Assembly (NCBI RefSeq): GCF_006345805.1
Contig: NC_043013.1
Location: forward strand, 27,280,001 to 27,344,000
Source: Octopus sinensis
Taxonomy: Eukaryota
Direction of reading: 5' to 3'
DNA: 64,000 nt
The notes beneath the pieces were generated by a model that was given only the letters and a program-made list of their open reading frames with translations, searched no databases and was not told the DNA's origin. Positions 11,794 to 25,300 of the stretch are shown piece after piece. Within the stretch, counting starts at the first letter, position 1; the number at the start of each line of letters is the position of its first letter. Both the position numbers and the translations under genes were made by a program.

Positions 11794-14700
11794 GCGTGTG
11801 TGTTTACATGTGTAATGCTAAGCATGGTCTGGTTCTTGTTGCTCGTTTGGTATTAATTATACATCAATCTGCTCATGCATTATAGTGATGTTTGTCTCTT
11901 CTAATTTCACACTAATAATTATTGGTAAATCATTAAATGCCATCAACCACACAGTTGAGAGGGTTTTGTTTTTGTTTTTTTTTTCTGTGACCAACTTTTG
12001 CATCTTAAAATTGTGTGCGTTTGCAAACGTATACATTTGTATGTGTACATGCATATATTTATATATGCACATGTGTGTGTATTTCAATATCTGCATTGTT
12101 TTTGTTTGTTTGTTTTTTTTTTTGGTGGGGGGTGGGGGTTCATATTTGTATTTCTACTGCATCTCATTGTTATTTATGGGTTCTTGATTTTTTTTTTTCT
12201 GTTTTTGTCTTTTTTTTTCTTTGTGCTCAAAGTTGTTGCATTAAAGCATGTACTTGCAGCATTGTATTCCTGACAGTCATTTTTCTATATTATCTATTAT
12301 TGAAATACTTTAACACTATAAATTATAGTCGAGGTTTTTTGGGGGGTTTTTTGTCCCCCTTTTTTTTTTTTTACTTTTAATTTTCTTTTTTTTTTTTTTT
12401 TTTGAGAAGAAAAGCTGATGTTTTGGGTTTTAGTGCTGTTGATTTTTTTTAATGTATAAATTCCTGATCAAAGAGAATTCAACAAATTTCAAACTAAATG
12501 CATCTTTTAAGCTAAAAATGTAACTCGTTTGTTAATCAAGACCAGAGAAAAAAAAGACAAAAAAAAAAGAAAAGAATCAGAGAAAATTATATATATTTTT
12601 TTTGAATAATAACAAAAATAAAATAATTCATACTTTTAATATTTAATTATTAATATTCAGCTAATGGGAACACTTCTTAACAATGTGAGTGGTGCTGTTG
12701 CTATAAATGTGTACAATGTTTTACCAAAATAGCTTTCTCTGTTTCCCATTTATTTTCTTTTATCTTCATTTGTAAATTTCCAAAACAATTTCGACTTAGA
12801 ATTAGCATCATCGTTGCCAAATACGGTAATTATTTTGATGCCTAGGCCTATAATGCATTCCTTCCCATTCTGCCATGGAAGAATTATGAAGAAAATAAAA
12901 TTGTGTTTCTTAGGGCTCTGGGTGATTATTAAAATGTCTTGCAGGAAAATGGTTTCTTATAATGCCATTTTTTAATTAAACTTCTAGTAAACAAGGTTAT
13001 AGGTGCAGGTATGGCTGGCTGCATGGTTAAGAAACTTGCTTTGTAACTAGGTGGTTTAGAGTTCAATCCAGTGGCACTTTAGTCATGTGCCTTTTATTAT
13101 AGCTGGAGACAAAGTTTTGTGAGTGAATTTGGTACACAAAAACTGTGGAAACCTGTGTGTGTGTCCTCTCCTACCTTAACTGGGGTTGGTTTGTTTATGT
13201 CCCTGTAATTTAGTTCAGGAAAAGAATGCCAGTAGAATAAACACTAGATTTTTTAAATATTTGGGTTGAGTTGTTCAACTAAACCTTTGAAAGTGGTGCC
13301 CCAGCATGGTCACAGTCCAATGACTGAAACAAGTAAAAGATATTAGTAGTGGTGGTGGTGGTGGTGGTGGTGGCAGTTGTTGTTATTTCCGGTTTATGTA
13401 CAATGCCTGCAATTTTCAATTGGGAAGGGTTTAGTTGAAATAAATGACCCCCAGCAACATCGTTGATGCTTTATTTTGTGGCCCCCAAGAGGGATGAAAA
13501 GCAAAGTCAGCTATGGTGGGATTTGAACTCAGAAAGTAAAAGAGCCGAACAAATGCTGCCGTGCATATTGTCCAACTCTCTAATGATTCAGCCATTTTAT
13601 ACAAATGCATGTATAAATAAGGACAGCCTCAGGAGCCTCTCTCTGGTCACTCATCCTGCTAGATATGGCAGCCAAATCGTTTTCAGATTACTATATGTGG
13701 TCTTAATCCTTTTGTGATCATATTTATTTTGAAGTACACTGCCTAGTTTGTTTGTTTGTTTGTTGTTTTTTTTTTTCATTTTTCTTCAGTTAATTTTGAA
13801 AATAATGAAGAATCTAGTAAAATAACTTGGTCGTTATTAAACTGGAGCTTGGAACATAAATTAACGTGGAATTTTGACGGGGGAGGTTTATAATTAGTTA
13901 TCTTTAAAGCAGGAAGTTTATATCATAGAACCAGTGGCAGTCTCAAGCAAGGTGGAATCACAAATTAAGACAAAAGTATACATTATACGAGGCTGTTGTC
14001 CTTGCCCATGCTTCTCTACTATGCAGCACCACACTTCTACATAAGCATCATACAATCTGGCCTTTATTCACAGAAAGAATCCCCTTTTTTTGCCAACAGA
14101 GGTAAATAGCTCCTTGATCTGTTGGCTCTAAACATTAAGGCTTATTACTCTCAAAATCATCCTTATAATGTTTGCATGAGGTCTTCTCTGTGGAAATTCA
14201 TTTAAAATGCAGAACACACTGAAGAATGATTTAATAATTTTTCTAATTGGGTTGCTGATATTTGCTTAGCTTGTTAGGATAAAATTCCATAATTTAACAT
14301 TAATTGGAAATGGGGCGAGGGAGATTTCGAAAGGAAAAATTCAGTGTTGCTAAAAATAATTAGCCAAGAACTAGAAGGGAGGGACTGTTGGGTATTAATT
14401 AACGATAGCTAAAATTCTTTGAAAAGGATTTTGGGTAGAAATTTAGGCATAACTTTGGAATTGCAATTAAATATTTTAGGACTTCATTCTCTCTCCCTCT
14501 CTCTCTCATACATCACATATTGTATATAGTATTACATCATAACCATGTAGTATGGCATTTTATACCATGTTGTGTGACACAGCCTACATTCAGTTTAGCA
14601 TTTACACTGGCTGTATCCAGCCTAAATATTCTACCTGTTTTATGTTCAAACTGACCAGATCCAGCCTTTCATACCTGCCTTATAATGTTATTCAAGAAAT

Positions 14701-15134
14701 ATACAATCACATCATTGAAATCTTAAAGCTATGAGACAATGCATGATTAATTCAAAATAATGTGAATAAATAAGCATTAGATCTGACCAAATAATCTGAA
14801 TGCTAAAAGGTTTAAAGTAATGTCTCTAAGTTATTAGGTGATCCATTACTGAAATAATGTTTCTAGGTGTTGATGCCGCTGTATGGTTAAGAAGCTTGCT
14901 TCCCAATTGTGTGGTCTTGAATTTAGACACTCATTCACAACAGGCTTCTTTCAATTTCCATCTATTAAATCCATTCATAAGACTTTGATAGGAGACACTT
15001 GCCCAACATTGAGAAGCAAACCTGTTCACCACATAACCACACCTCAGCCTTTACATCACTTAGTATTACACAGTATGATTACATCATATTAATAATATGA
15101 TGTAATCACTATTGGTTTCAAATTTTGGCACAAA

Positions 15135-15396
15135 GCTGTGGAGTCGGAGTCGAAAACAATTAAGGGACAGCTGGAGTCAGGGTCGGTAAAACTATACTAA
15201 CTCCGACTCACAATATCTTTATTCTTTAATATAAACCAGTTATAACGTATAGGCCTACTCAAAGTACAAGCGTATGCATATGCTTTATGAGATATGAAGA
15301 CCAGAATCACTTAATTACATAAAGAAGAGTCGGAGTCAGAGGTGCCAATAGTAGAGGAGTCAGAGTCAAGTTTTTTGTTTTGACTCCACAGCCCTG
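15135..15396. mobile_element. GGAGTC-rich TIR MITE inserted in a SINE
   Basis: Ends gctgtggagtcggagtc / gactccacagccctg; interrupts a minus-strand SINE; an inverted partial copy lies at about 48390-48610. Confidence 0.65.
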
Positions 15397-16679
15397 ATTT
15401 CAGGGGAAGAGATAAGTCAATTACATCGACCCTAATACTCAATTGGTACTTAATTTATTAACCCTAAAGTACAAAGGCAGCGAGCTGGCAGAAGCATTAA
15501 CATGCTGGGCAAAATGCTTAGCGGTATTTCATCTGCCAGTATTTCATTCTGAGTTCAAATTCTGCCAAGGTCAACTCTGCCTTTCATTCTTTTGGTGTCA
15601 ATGTAACCAACTTAATCCCTTTGTCTGTCCTTGTTTGTCCCCTCTATGTTTAGCCCCCTGTGGGCAATAAAGAAATAGATATTAAAGTACAAAAGCGCCC
15701 TCCCCCAAAAATTTCGAGCCTTGTGCCTGGAGTAGAAAAGAATATTAAAGTACAATATGACCTGTCAAACACAGTAGGTTATCATGTAAACATGCAAAAT
15801 TAAAATTGCCATGAAGACCACTTATCAATTGATAAAAATAACATTTAGAATGTTATTTGTGTTTAACTGAAATATAATGACTGTCTCTTTTCTCACCTTG
15901 GCAAAATTAACAAGTTTTATGTAGGGCTTTTTTTTTTCTGTATTTTTGCAAAAATTTCATTATTGCTGTTTACACAGCATGCACACATGCAGGCACACAC
16001 ACACACACGTATGATGGTTCTAGGTTCAAAATGTCTCTGTGACATAGTCTTAATTCTGACAAGAAAAAAGTTGCTTTAAAAAGATAAAATTCAGTTTATT
16101 CCTTTGCTGTTTGGTTTGATGTGTATGTGTGTGAGATAGAGAGAGAGAGACAGAGAAGTAATTTCTCACACTGTTCACAGCTGTCCAGATGCAATATTAT
16201 TATTATTATTATTATTAATATTATTATTACTACTTCTGAAGAAATATGTTTTTAATAAATAACAATAATCATCACCATCATCATCCTTGATGGTGGTGGT
16301 AGTATTAGTAGTAGCTGTAGTAGAATCATCTTTCATCTAATTTCATTCCATTCAGATTGTAAAACTGAAATGTACTTTGAAATATCACTTTAATTAAGGA
16401 TTATTTTCGGCTGTGTGTGTTTCTACAGCCTATGAGTATGTTCTCTTGCTTTTTATTGATAGAGTATTGATGTCTGTTCTAGTGAAATTGAAAGTAGTTC
16501 TTGTATGAAACCTTTTTTCATTTCTTTATAAATGGGTTGAGTTTACAGTCAAACAACTGAAGTCAAGTCAATTAGTTGTTTAGACTCAGACCAGCCAACC
16601 ATTTAAGGATACGGTTGGGGAAGGTCAGCTGCTAACAAACTCAATCATAAAACCAGCCTCCAGCCATAAGTTGAAGTTG

Positions 16680-17010
16680 ATACCCCCTTCGGTTATAACA
16701 GACCATGGGATTGCACCTAGAAAGTTACTCTCCCAGGCACAAGTCCAGGCAAGGTTGTTTTATGGAAGACCAGCAGTCGCCCATGCATACCAGCCTCCCC
16801 TCTCCACGCCACCAGTGTTATCCAAGGGAAAGGCAAAGGCCTACACAGCTTGGCACCTGTGATGTCACAACTCATTTCTACAGCTGAGTGAACTGGAGCA
16901 ACATGAAATAAAGTGTCTTGCTCAAGAACACAACATGCAGCCCGGTCCAGGATTCGAACTCACAACCTCATGATCGTAAGCTCGACGCTCTAACCACTGA
17001 GCCATGCACC
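16680..17010 (-). mobile_element. Near full-length tRNA-derived SINE
   Basis: Minus strand has A box TGGCTCAGTGG, B box GTTCGAATCC, then cttgagcaagacacttta and a non-tRNA body. Confidence 0.75.
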
Positions 17011-17861
17011 ATAAAGCTGCCTTAAAACTGATAGCAAATAAATTAAGGTGGTGCTCCAGCATGGTCACAGGACTGTGACCAAGACCTTTAAAGGGACAAA
17101 CATATCATCATCATCAACACCCTGGGCATTACTGTCTTCAGTCCCATGACTCATGAGGTTGACTACCCAATTTCCATGGCATATAACTGACTGAGATGTC
17201 AACATTCCCCCTGACATTGTAGGGTAGGTGTGAGAGACTGGATCTGTCCAGTTAGAACAGTAAAACAGAATGTTTGGGCTGAATATGACTGGTTTGAATG
17301 CTGAAGGGGTAACATGGTTGCCTCTTCTAAGTATATTTTGTTGTATACTATGCAGGCAACAAATACAACTGTCAGAGAAACTGAAGCTGTCCACATGACA
17401 CTTGTGGGTCCACACAAGACTTTGTTGTTAAAATTTATCTGCAATAAATTGCTTATACAATATACAAAATATTTTAATTTTTTTATACAATTCCAAACAA
17501 AGTTTAATTATAAAAATATAAAAGGATTTTTTTATGTACATCGAATGGCTCTGGAGGTCCAGTAGAATAAAATAGGAATCAAAGGGGTTCTACTGGCAAA
17601 AAAAAATGGTTGAGAATCACTGCTGTAGAAGAGAGTAAGCATTTATAGAATGCGAGGTTTCTGATGTCAGATTGACTGAGAGAGGAAGAGATTGTGCTGT
17701 GGCTGACTGTTGCAGCTAGTCTAAGAGAGACAACTCTAATTGGTTAATACATGGAATGTATGTGCGAGTGTGTGTGTGTATGTGCATGTATGTCTATGTA
17801 TGTACAAACATCAAGCTGTATGGCATTTGTTATTTTCACACATTGGAATTTACTCATTGAA

Positions 17862-17886
17862 ATATATATATATGTGTATATATATA

Positions 17887-17917
<31 letters not shown>

Positions 17918-17999
17918 CTATATATATATATGTGTGTATATATATATGTATATATATATATATAATTGGTAAATGGTTACCATGTGGATTCCTCATTCC

Positions 18000-18039
<40 letters not shown>

Positions 18040-18050
18040 GTGTATATATA
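17862..18050. repeat. Interrupted (TA)n microsatellites
   Basis: Direct reading. Confidence 0.9.
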
Positions 18051-19268
18051 GGTGTGGCTGTGTGGTAAGAAGTTTGGTCCCACTGTGTGGCACTTTGGGC
18101 ACTGTTCTGTAGTATAGCCCCAGGCTGACCAAAGCCTTGTGAGTGGATTTGATAGACAGAAAGAGAAAGAAGCCCATTCAGTGTGGGTATATTTGTGCAT
18201 GTGTGTGCTCCGTAGGCTTCTACAGAGTTTCCATTTGCCAAATTCTCTCTCAAGGCATTGGTCGACCAGTGGAAGACAATTGCCTAAGAAGCAATGCAGT
18301 GGGATTGAAACTGAAACCATGGAGTTGCAAAGCAAACTTCTTGGTCACATAGCCATTCCTGATCCCTCTAGTTTGTAGAAGAAAAATAAATTACAGTTAA
18401 TTGGTTTCTCATCTTGGCAAAACAAATGCTTCAGGCACTTTTGTTCTTTAAACAAAATTCAAACGTGTAATTCCTTTGTAATTTTGATGCTTGTTATACT
18501 AAGACTTCTTCATTCTCTCTCAGCAAAGAAGAACTAGTGACTAAAACACTGGATTTTTCACCCATAGCAAAACAAGTTGCTGAAATGTATTTTCCTTTAT
18601 AAATTTCTAAATACTAATAATTTGGTACTTTTAAGCAAATTTCGTAAAAGATCATTTTTGTTAACCATTTGTGTTTACCCTCACCCGCAAATATAATCAT
18701 TTTTGAATAATCAGTGTTTGAATTTTCTATTATCATAAATAAAATTATTTTATATATATTTCAAATGTATTATCAAAAATATACAAAGTTGTTTTTTTTT
18801 TTTTTTTCTGATATTAAGTTACACTAAAAATGTATATTAAAAGTTTGGTCATAATATGTTTGTCGTTTACTTCTTTTGCATGTCATTAAGACCAATCTTT
18901 TGTAACGTAGACAGTTTGTTGACATGAAAATGACGTAGATAAAGAAATTATTATCATTATCTAATGTGTAATTAAATATGGAAAAGAAATATTAAATCAA
19001 ACAAAAAAAAAACTTTTATCTTTCTTCAATTCAGGTTGTTTTGTTATGGGTGCTTTTCATTTTTATCTTTTTATTTTATTTTTTTTTTAAAGAAATGTCA
19101 ATTGCTTCATTTACATTGCTTGATAACAATTGCTTGCTTTTACTTAATATACTTTTTTTTTCTCAATTATTTATTAAAAAAATTAGTCGTAGAAATTAAT
19201 GAAAATATAACAACAGGATATAGATTTTTGTGTGTGTGTGTGTGTTTATTGTGATTCTATCTTTGCAG

Positions 19269-19313
19269 GAACGTGAAATGAAACGCCAACAAGCTGTCAT
19301 GATGAGAGAACAG
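19269..19313 (+). CDS. BAZ2B: BAZ2B exon, coiled coil ([15 protein letters not shown])
   Basis: ttgcag acceptor, gttagt donor; resembles BAZ2B EKEMRRQQAVLLKHQ. Confidence 0.88.
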
Positions 19314-22300
19314 GTTAGTTGGAACCTTGTAAGCTGCAATTTTATTTATTAATTTTTTCCTACAATTTCTCTTATCTTGTCTATTTTTAAATAGCATTCA
19401 AGGTTGACATTTTGCTTGCTCTGTGTGTGTGGAGGGGGAGGGGGTTGAGCAAGATTACATACCTGAATCAAGGTTTTGTTCGTTTGGCCTTTTAAGTGAT
19501 TACACAACAGAATTTTGAGAAGAAATCTCGGGGATGTGTTTCAGTCAACTGAAAAGCCAGTTGAACAAAACCTTGGTTCAGATATGTAATCCTGTTTAAC
19601 CTTACAAATGACTGGCATTTTATGGAACACTAAGCACCTCTAACACAGTGATGTGAACACTTGTATGTTTTTGTTCCACAGAATAAGCAAAAAATTTGTG
19701 TGTGTGTGTGTGTAAATGGAAAGTATCTCTGTCCTGAAATAGTTTGTAAAGAAACATCGTCTCAAGATTTGTTAATAAAGTGGAAATAAAACCAATATTA
19801 AATTGACTTGGTGACTGTCATTAGCATGAAAGTGTATGTATAAGATGTATCTCGATTTTGGAGGCATAAGCATGGCTGTGTAGTGAAAAAGCTTGCTTCC
19901 CAGCTATGTGGTCTCACTGCACAGCAGCTTGAGCGAGTGTCTTCTGCTATAGCCCTGAGCTGACCAAAACCTTGATGGAAGGAAACTAGAAGATGCCTAT
20001 CATATATAAATGTGTGTGTATGTCTGTGCGTCCTAGTTTTGACATGTGATGGTTGTAAGCAAGCATCGCCATTATACAGGCAATGCTGTTTTTGTCTTCT
20101 ATGTAAAACATGCCTGGTCATGGGGAACTATTACCTTACCGAGAAACAAGTGAGGATTGGTGAAAGGAATGGCATCCAGCTGTAAAAGAAAAATATCTGT
20201 CAGCATAGAAAAGTGGATGTTAAATAATAACGATAACTTATAATAGCATGTATAAAACATGATGCTGGCAGTGTTGGAAAAAAGTACCTTGCCATATTTA
20301 TTTTGGATATTTAAACTCCAAGGTCAACTTCACCATTCATTTTTCTGGGGTCAATAAAGTATAGAACCAGCCAAGTACTGACTAAGCCCCTTCATTCAAA
20401 ATTACTGGCATCGTATCTAAATTAGAAACAATTGTATGATTTCTTAATGAAAATGAGTGGGAAAAAATTTTCAGCCTCATACCATATGTTATAAAATTAC
20501 AACCGCAATTTTTACATAATAATTACTCACAATCAAGGATAACTAATTAACATACAGCATGCTTTGATTAGTTGTTTTAGATGTCTGTTCAGTCATGACC
20601 AGACATAGACACCCCCTTTCTGCCTTCCCACCCTTGATCCATTGGAACATCTAGAACAGTGCCTCACAACCATCTTTTTTTTCCCCAGTAGACCCCTATT
20701 GATTTCTGTTTTATTTGGGTGGATCCTCGAACCATTTAATGTTTTAAAATATCGTAATATATTTTTATAATTAAATATTATTAGGAATTGTATTTTAAAA
20801 AAAATTGTTAAAATATTTTGAGTATTATAGATATATAACCAATTTATCGTTGTTGTTATTGTTTGTTCCTTCTCAATACATGCCTGACTCATAAGGGCCG
20901 GTTTCCTGGTTTCATTGGTACATAGGTTCAGCACCTAGACAGGACACCAGTCCATTGCAATAACCAATTTATTGCACAAGTATTTTAACAACAAAATCTT
21001 TTGTGGACCTCCAAGGGTCATATGAACCTCGATCTAGAATATAACAGCTGGAGAAAGAGAGGATTATTTATGGACCCCCACCAAAAGAATGGAAGGCAAA
21101 GTTGACCTCAGCAGAGAGTCAGGACTAATATTGCACCACATTCTATATAATATTCCAGTGACTCTGTGAATTGACCAACTTTACCGTGTTTTACACACAC
21201 ACAGAATCGCACGTGATTTTAATTCTAATTTTAATACAATTGGTATCGTAATCGTGACTGATGCTGGTGTCATGTAACTGGCGTGTAAAAATCACCCTTC
21301 GGACGTTGGGCCTCAAGGAAGCAGTGATGAGTGATCGAGACTTTTGGTGATATACCATGCTTGAGGAGATTCATCCTGGCAAGTGAAATTATAGTTGTGG
21401 CACATGACAAGCATCCATGCCAGTGGCACATGACAAGCATCCATGCCAGTGGCACATAAAAAGCAGCCTTCGGACGTTGGGCCTCACAGAGGCAATGATA
21501 AGTGACCGAGACTTTTGGCGATATGCCAGCTTTGAGAAGATCCGTGAAACCAAGTGAAATCGTAAGTCATGGCTGATGGCGGTGTTGCGTAACTGGCATA
21601 TAATAAGCACCCATTACACTCTTGGAATGGTTGGTTTTGGGAAGGGCATCCAGTTGTAGAAACTATTCCAAATAAGATTAGAACCTGGTGCAGCCCTCCA
21701 GCTTACCAATTTCAGTCAAACCGTCAACCCATGCCAGCATTGAAAGCAGATGCTAAATGATGATGATGGTGTAGAACAAAAAATACTGTATGGCATTTAG
21801 TACCATCCAAGTTACATACCTTTACACTGGGATTGACTCTGCCTGTCATTTCTTTCAAGGGCAAGAAAATAAGTAAGTACAAAGAGTGATTGCTATAACT
21901 AATTAAAACCTTTTGAAAGTGTTGTGCCTTAGTATGCCTACCATCCACAGACAAATGCCAACAAAAGAATGAGCGTTTCCCTCTCCTCCTTTATAAAGAA
22001 ATTTATGATATTTGATTTGCATAAATAGCTAATGACTTTAATTTTAATTTCAGGAACGAGAACGACGTCGGCAGCACATGTTGTTGGTGAAATCCCTTGA
22101 AGCCCGGCGACGACAAGAAGTAAGGATGCTTTTATTTTTTATTTAAATGACAAACAATATACTCGTGGTGTTCAGGCTGGGGTAGTTTGTAAGGTTTTTA
22201 GCTAAGAGTAGTGAGATTTCTGGGATGTTTTTATTTTTTTTTTTAACAAAGGTTTTAAAAGAAACACATCATTTTTCACCAAGAATAAGGCTTTCCTGCA

Positions 22301-25300
22301 AATATATAAGAATAGTTAATAGGACTCATTGAAGGGGGTGGGTGATGATGGTGATGATGATGATGGCAGTGAATGGCCAAGTTCTATATCCCCCTTATCT
22401 CCTTCAATGGTCATTTCAGCTATTTCTTTATTAAGAGTTAACGTTTCTGACTGCAATAGGTCTTCCTTTTAATTTCCCCCCCTCTTTTTCTTTTCTTTTT
22501 TTTTTATCATTTCTAGGAAAGGGAGCGATTAAAAGAAGAAAAACAGAAAGAAAAATTGATAGAAAGAGAACGGAAATTGGTGTGTATAGTTCTTAATGGT
22601 GGAACTGAACGAAGATTAAGTGCCATTAATAAAAATCTTCTTTGAGTGAGACTTGTTTTTTTTCTTTCTTTTATTTGTTTTTTCAGAATCAGAGAAGAGT
22701 TGAACTTCAAATTGCGGCTGAGTTGAAAAAGCCTATTGAAGACATGGAGATCAAAGACATCAAGGTTTGTTCTTTTGCTATCGTTTCTATTCTTCATACT
22801 TATTATTTTTGTTCCTCTTTCACCTCAATTCTCTACCAAAACCATACAAGTCATGGTTGTATGGTTAAGAAGTCTACTTACAGTTCTATGGTTTCAGATT
22901 CTGTACTGCTGCATGACACCCAAGGCAAGTGTCTTCCACCATAGTCTCAGATTGTCCGAAGCCTTGTGAAGGGAAAATTTGGTAGGAAGCCTCAGTGGTG
23001 TAGCAAGAGTGTCTGCCACCCAGGACAGCCCTTCAGTTCGATTTTTAAAATTGCATGGGTTGGTTTAAGCACTAGATGTCTCCCTTCCCTGCTTGAAAAT
23101 CCTTCAATGCTCTTGAATTTTTTTTTTTTACTTTTGTATTTACCTTATATGGTACAATGCATTAAAAGCAGCCGAAATGGCGTTGCTCCAGAGAATCTCT
23201 GGAGTAACATTACTAAACCCTGTCCATAGCTTGGAGATCAGGGAGTCTCCCCAGGTGGAGTCACTGATTCTCTACACTGAGAGGTCACAACTTGGGTACT
23301 ATGGACATTTGATGAGAATACTGTTGGAAAGAATCACAAGATGGATTCTTCAAGCTTAGCCAACTGGCAGGAGACATGGGGATAGACCATAAGCAGGATG
23401 GTTGGATAATATCCATAGTCTCAGCTAGTCACACTTGGGGATCCAGCTGGAAAGTATGAAATGACAGTTGCTTCTGAACCCTAAGGAAATGGTTTCTGAA
23501 GACTCTCCTTTCATGACCCTCCCAGAAATAATGGTTTGAGAAGATGGGCAGTGTGCTGCTTTGTTGGGATTATTTCAACTAAATGTGTTTATTTGTTAAA
23601 AGCAACATTGCAAACAGTCTTCACAGAAGGCAAAATGTGACATACACAGATCAAAGGCTAAAATCAGTAATCTTAGTTTCAAATTTTGGCACAAGGCCAG
23701 CAATTTCAGGGGAGAGGATAAGTCGATCACCCTGATCCCAGTGCTGAACTGGTACTTATTTTATCAACCCCAAAAGAATAAAAGGCAAAGTCAACCTCAG
23801 TGGAATTTGAACTCAAAATATAATGACAGATGAAGTTCCACTAAGCATTCAGTTCAGCCTACTAACGATTCTGCCAGTTCACTGCTTTGGCTGAAATCAA
23901 CATATTAATAAAAAAAAAAAACAATGGCATGTGACTTACATATGACAATGTATGATACTTAATTTTGTTGAAGAAAATTCTTCTTAAGAATTGCAATTAT
24001 TTTTGATGGTCCTTTTTCTTGTTCTTTTACTTAGGAATTACCTCAGCTGCCTCGGATAGAAGGTGTCTGCTTAGCAGGAAACGCCTTTGCCGATGCTTTG
24101 ATGGTACTGGAATTCATGCATAATTTTGCCAAAGCCTTATCAATACGTAAGTAATTCTGTTTCACTTTTATCACTCTGTAGTGGATGAAATGACATGTGG
24201 CATCACATTGATATAATGTAGCCAACAATCAAATGTAACGCTTGAAGGTTCTTGCATCAGACTAACCAGTGAACATTGAAGAAACAAAACCAAGAAGGAA
24301 GAAATATTATTTACATATATTTATGTGTTTTCCCAACATGTAGTTAGAGATTCAGCAGTAATTATAGTGGCAGTGGCAACAAGCTCGCTCGCTGGTTGGT
24401 AGCTGATAGTGTAGAGGTTGCTGTCTGCCAGTAGAGAGTGAAAGAATAAGGAATGCACGGTGCTGACTAGAAAGGATAAAGGTGGCATCGTCTTTCTTGC
24501 AGCCAAAAGCTTCTCTTTGTATGTCAAGTGAAGGACGAAGGGAAGTGCTGTTCCTTGGTCATGGCTGACACAAAAGAGGAAGAGACAGGAAATGCTCTCT
24601 GTTATATAGACTATGGTCAGGAATGTAGTTCAAACCCTAAACAAAGGACTGACCTTTCTTTGACCAGCACAAGTCCTTGGGGGTCAAGTGTTTCCCCATC
24701 AATCATCTGGTGTGGAGATGCAAACAAAGGATTTCCCCCTTGTTTTGAAAAGCAACAAGCAGGTGGATTTGATTTCAAATTTCAGGCAGGGCTAAGCGAG
24801 GTCCCTACAACTTCTAGATTTTGGTTTATTTTATCATCACCACCACTACAACTATTTAGTTGTAGTAGTGGTGGTGGTGATATTTAGTTGTAGTGGTGGC
24901 AGCAGCTGCTGCTGTTGTTGTTGTTGCTATCATCTTTCATTTTATTACAATTTGGTCTGAGCAACAAGTAAAGAATTGTAAAAGCTTACCTATATTTGAA
25001 GCTTAAGTAACCCGGCATGATTTTTATTGATCTTTATTAACCCTTTAATGATGAACATCATCAGTTGATGCTTCAGAAATTTCACATGGATATGGCCATC
25101 ATCTATTGATGCCTGAGTGTCTCCTTGATCAAAGGCTCCTAAGCTTAAGTGGCCCTTATTGATCAAGCACAAACGAAAGAGTTAGAAGAAGTTTCTTCTG
25201 ACTTCCCTTCATCATCAGATGAGGGGATATGGTGATGATGGTGGTGCTCTAAATAGCACAGAAGAAAGTGATGCTTCAACTAGCTGTAGATAGAAAAAGT

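Noticed and set aside
16930-17010. tRNA-like sequence (also 62460-62530)
   Set aside because: It has A and B boxes but no proper acceptor stem, and continues into a SINE body; it is a SINE head, not a tRNA gene
18524-18587. Possible BAZ2B exon after ctctctcag
   Set aside because: No frame resembles the expected upstream BAZ2B coiled-coil sequence and the donor is weak
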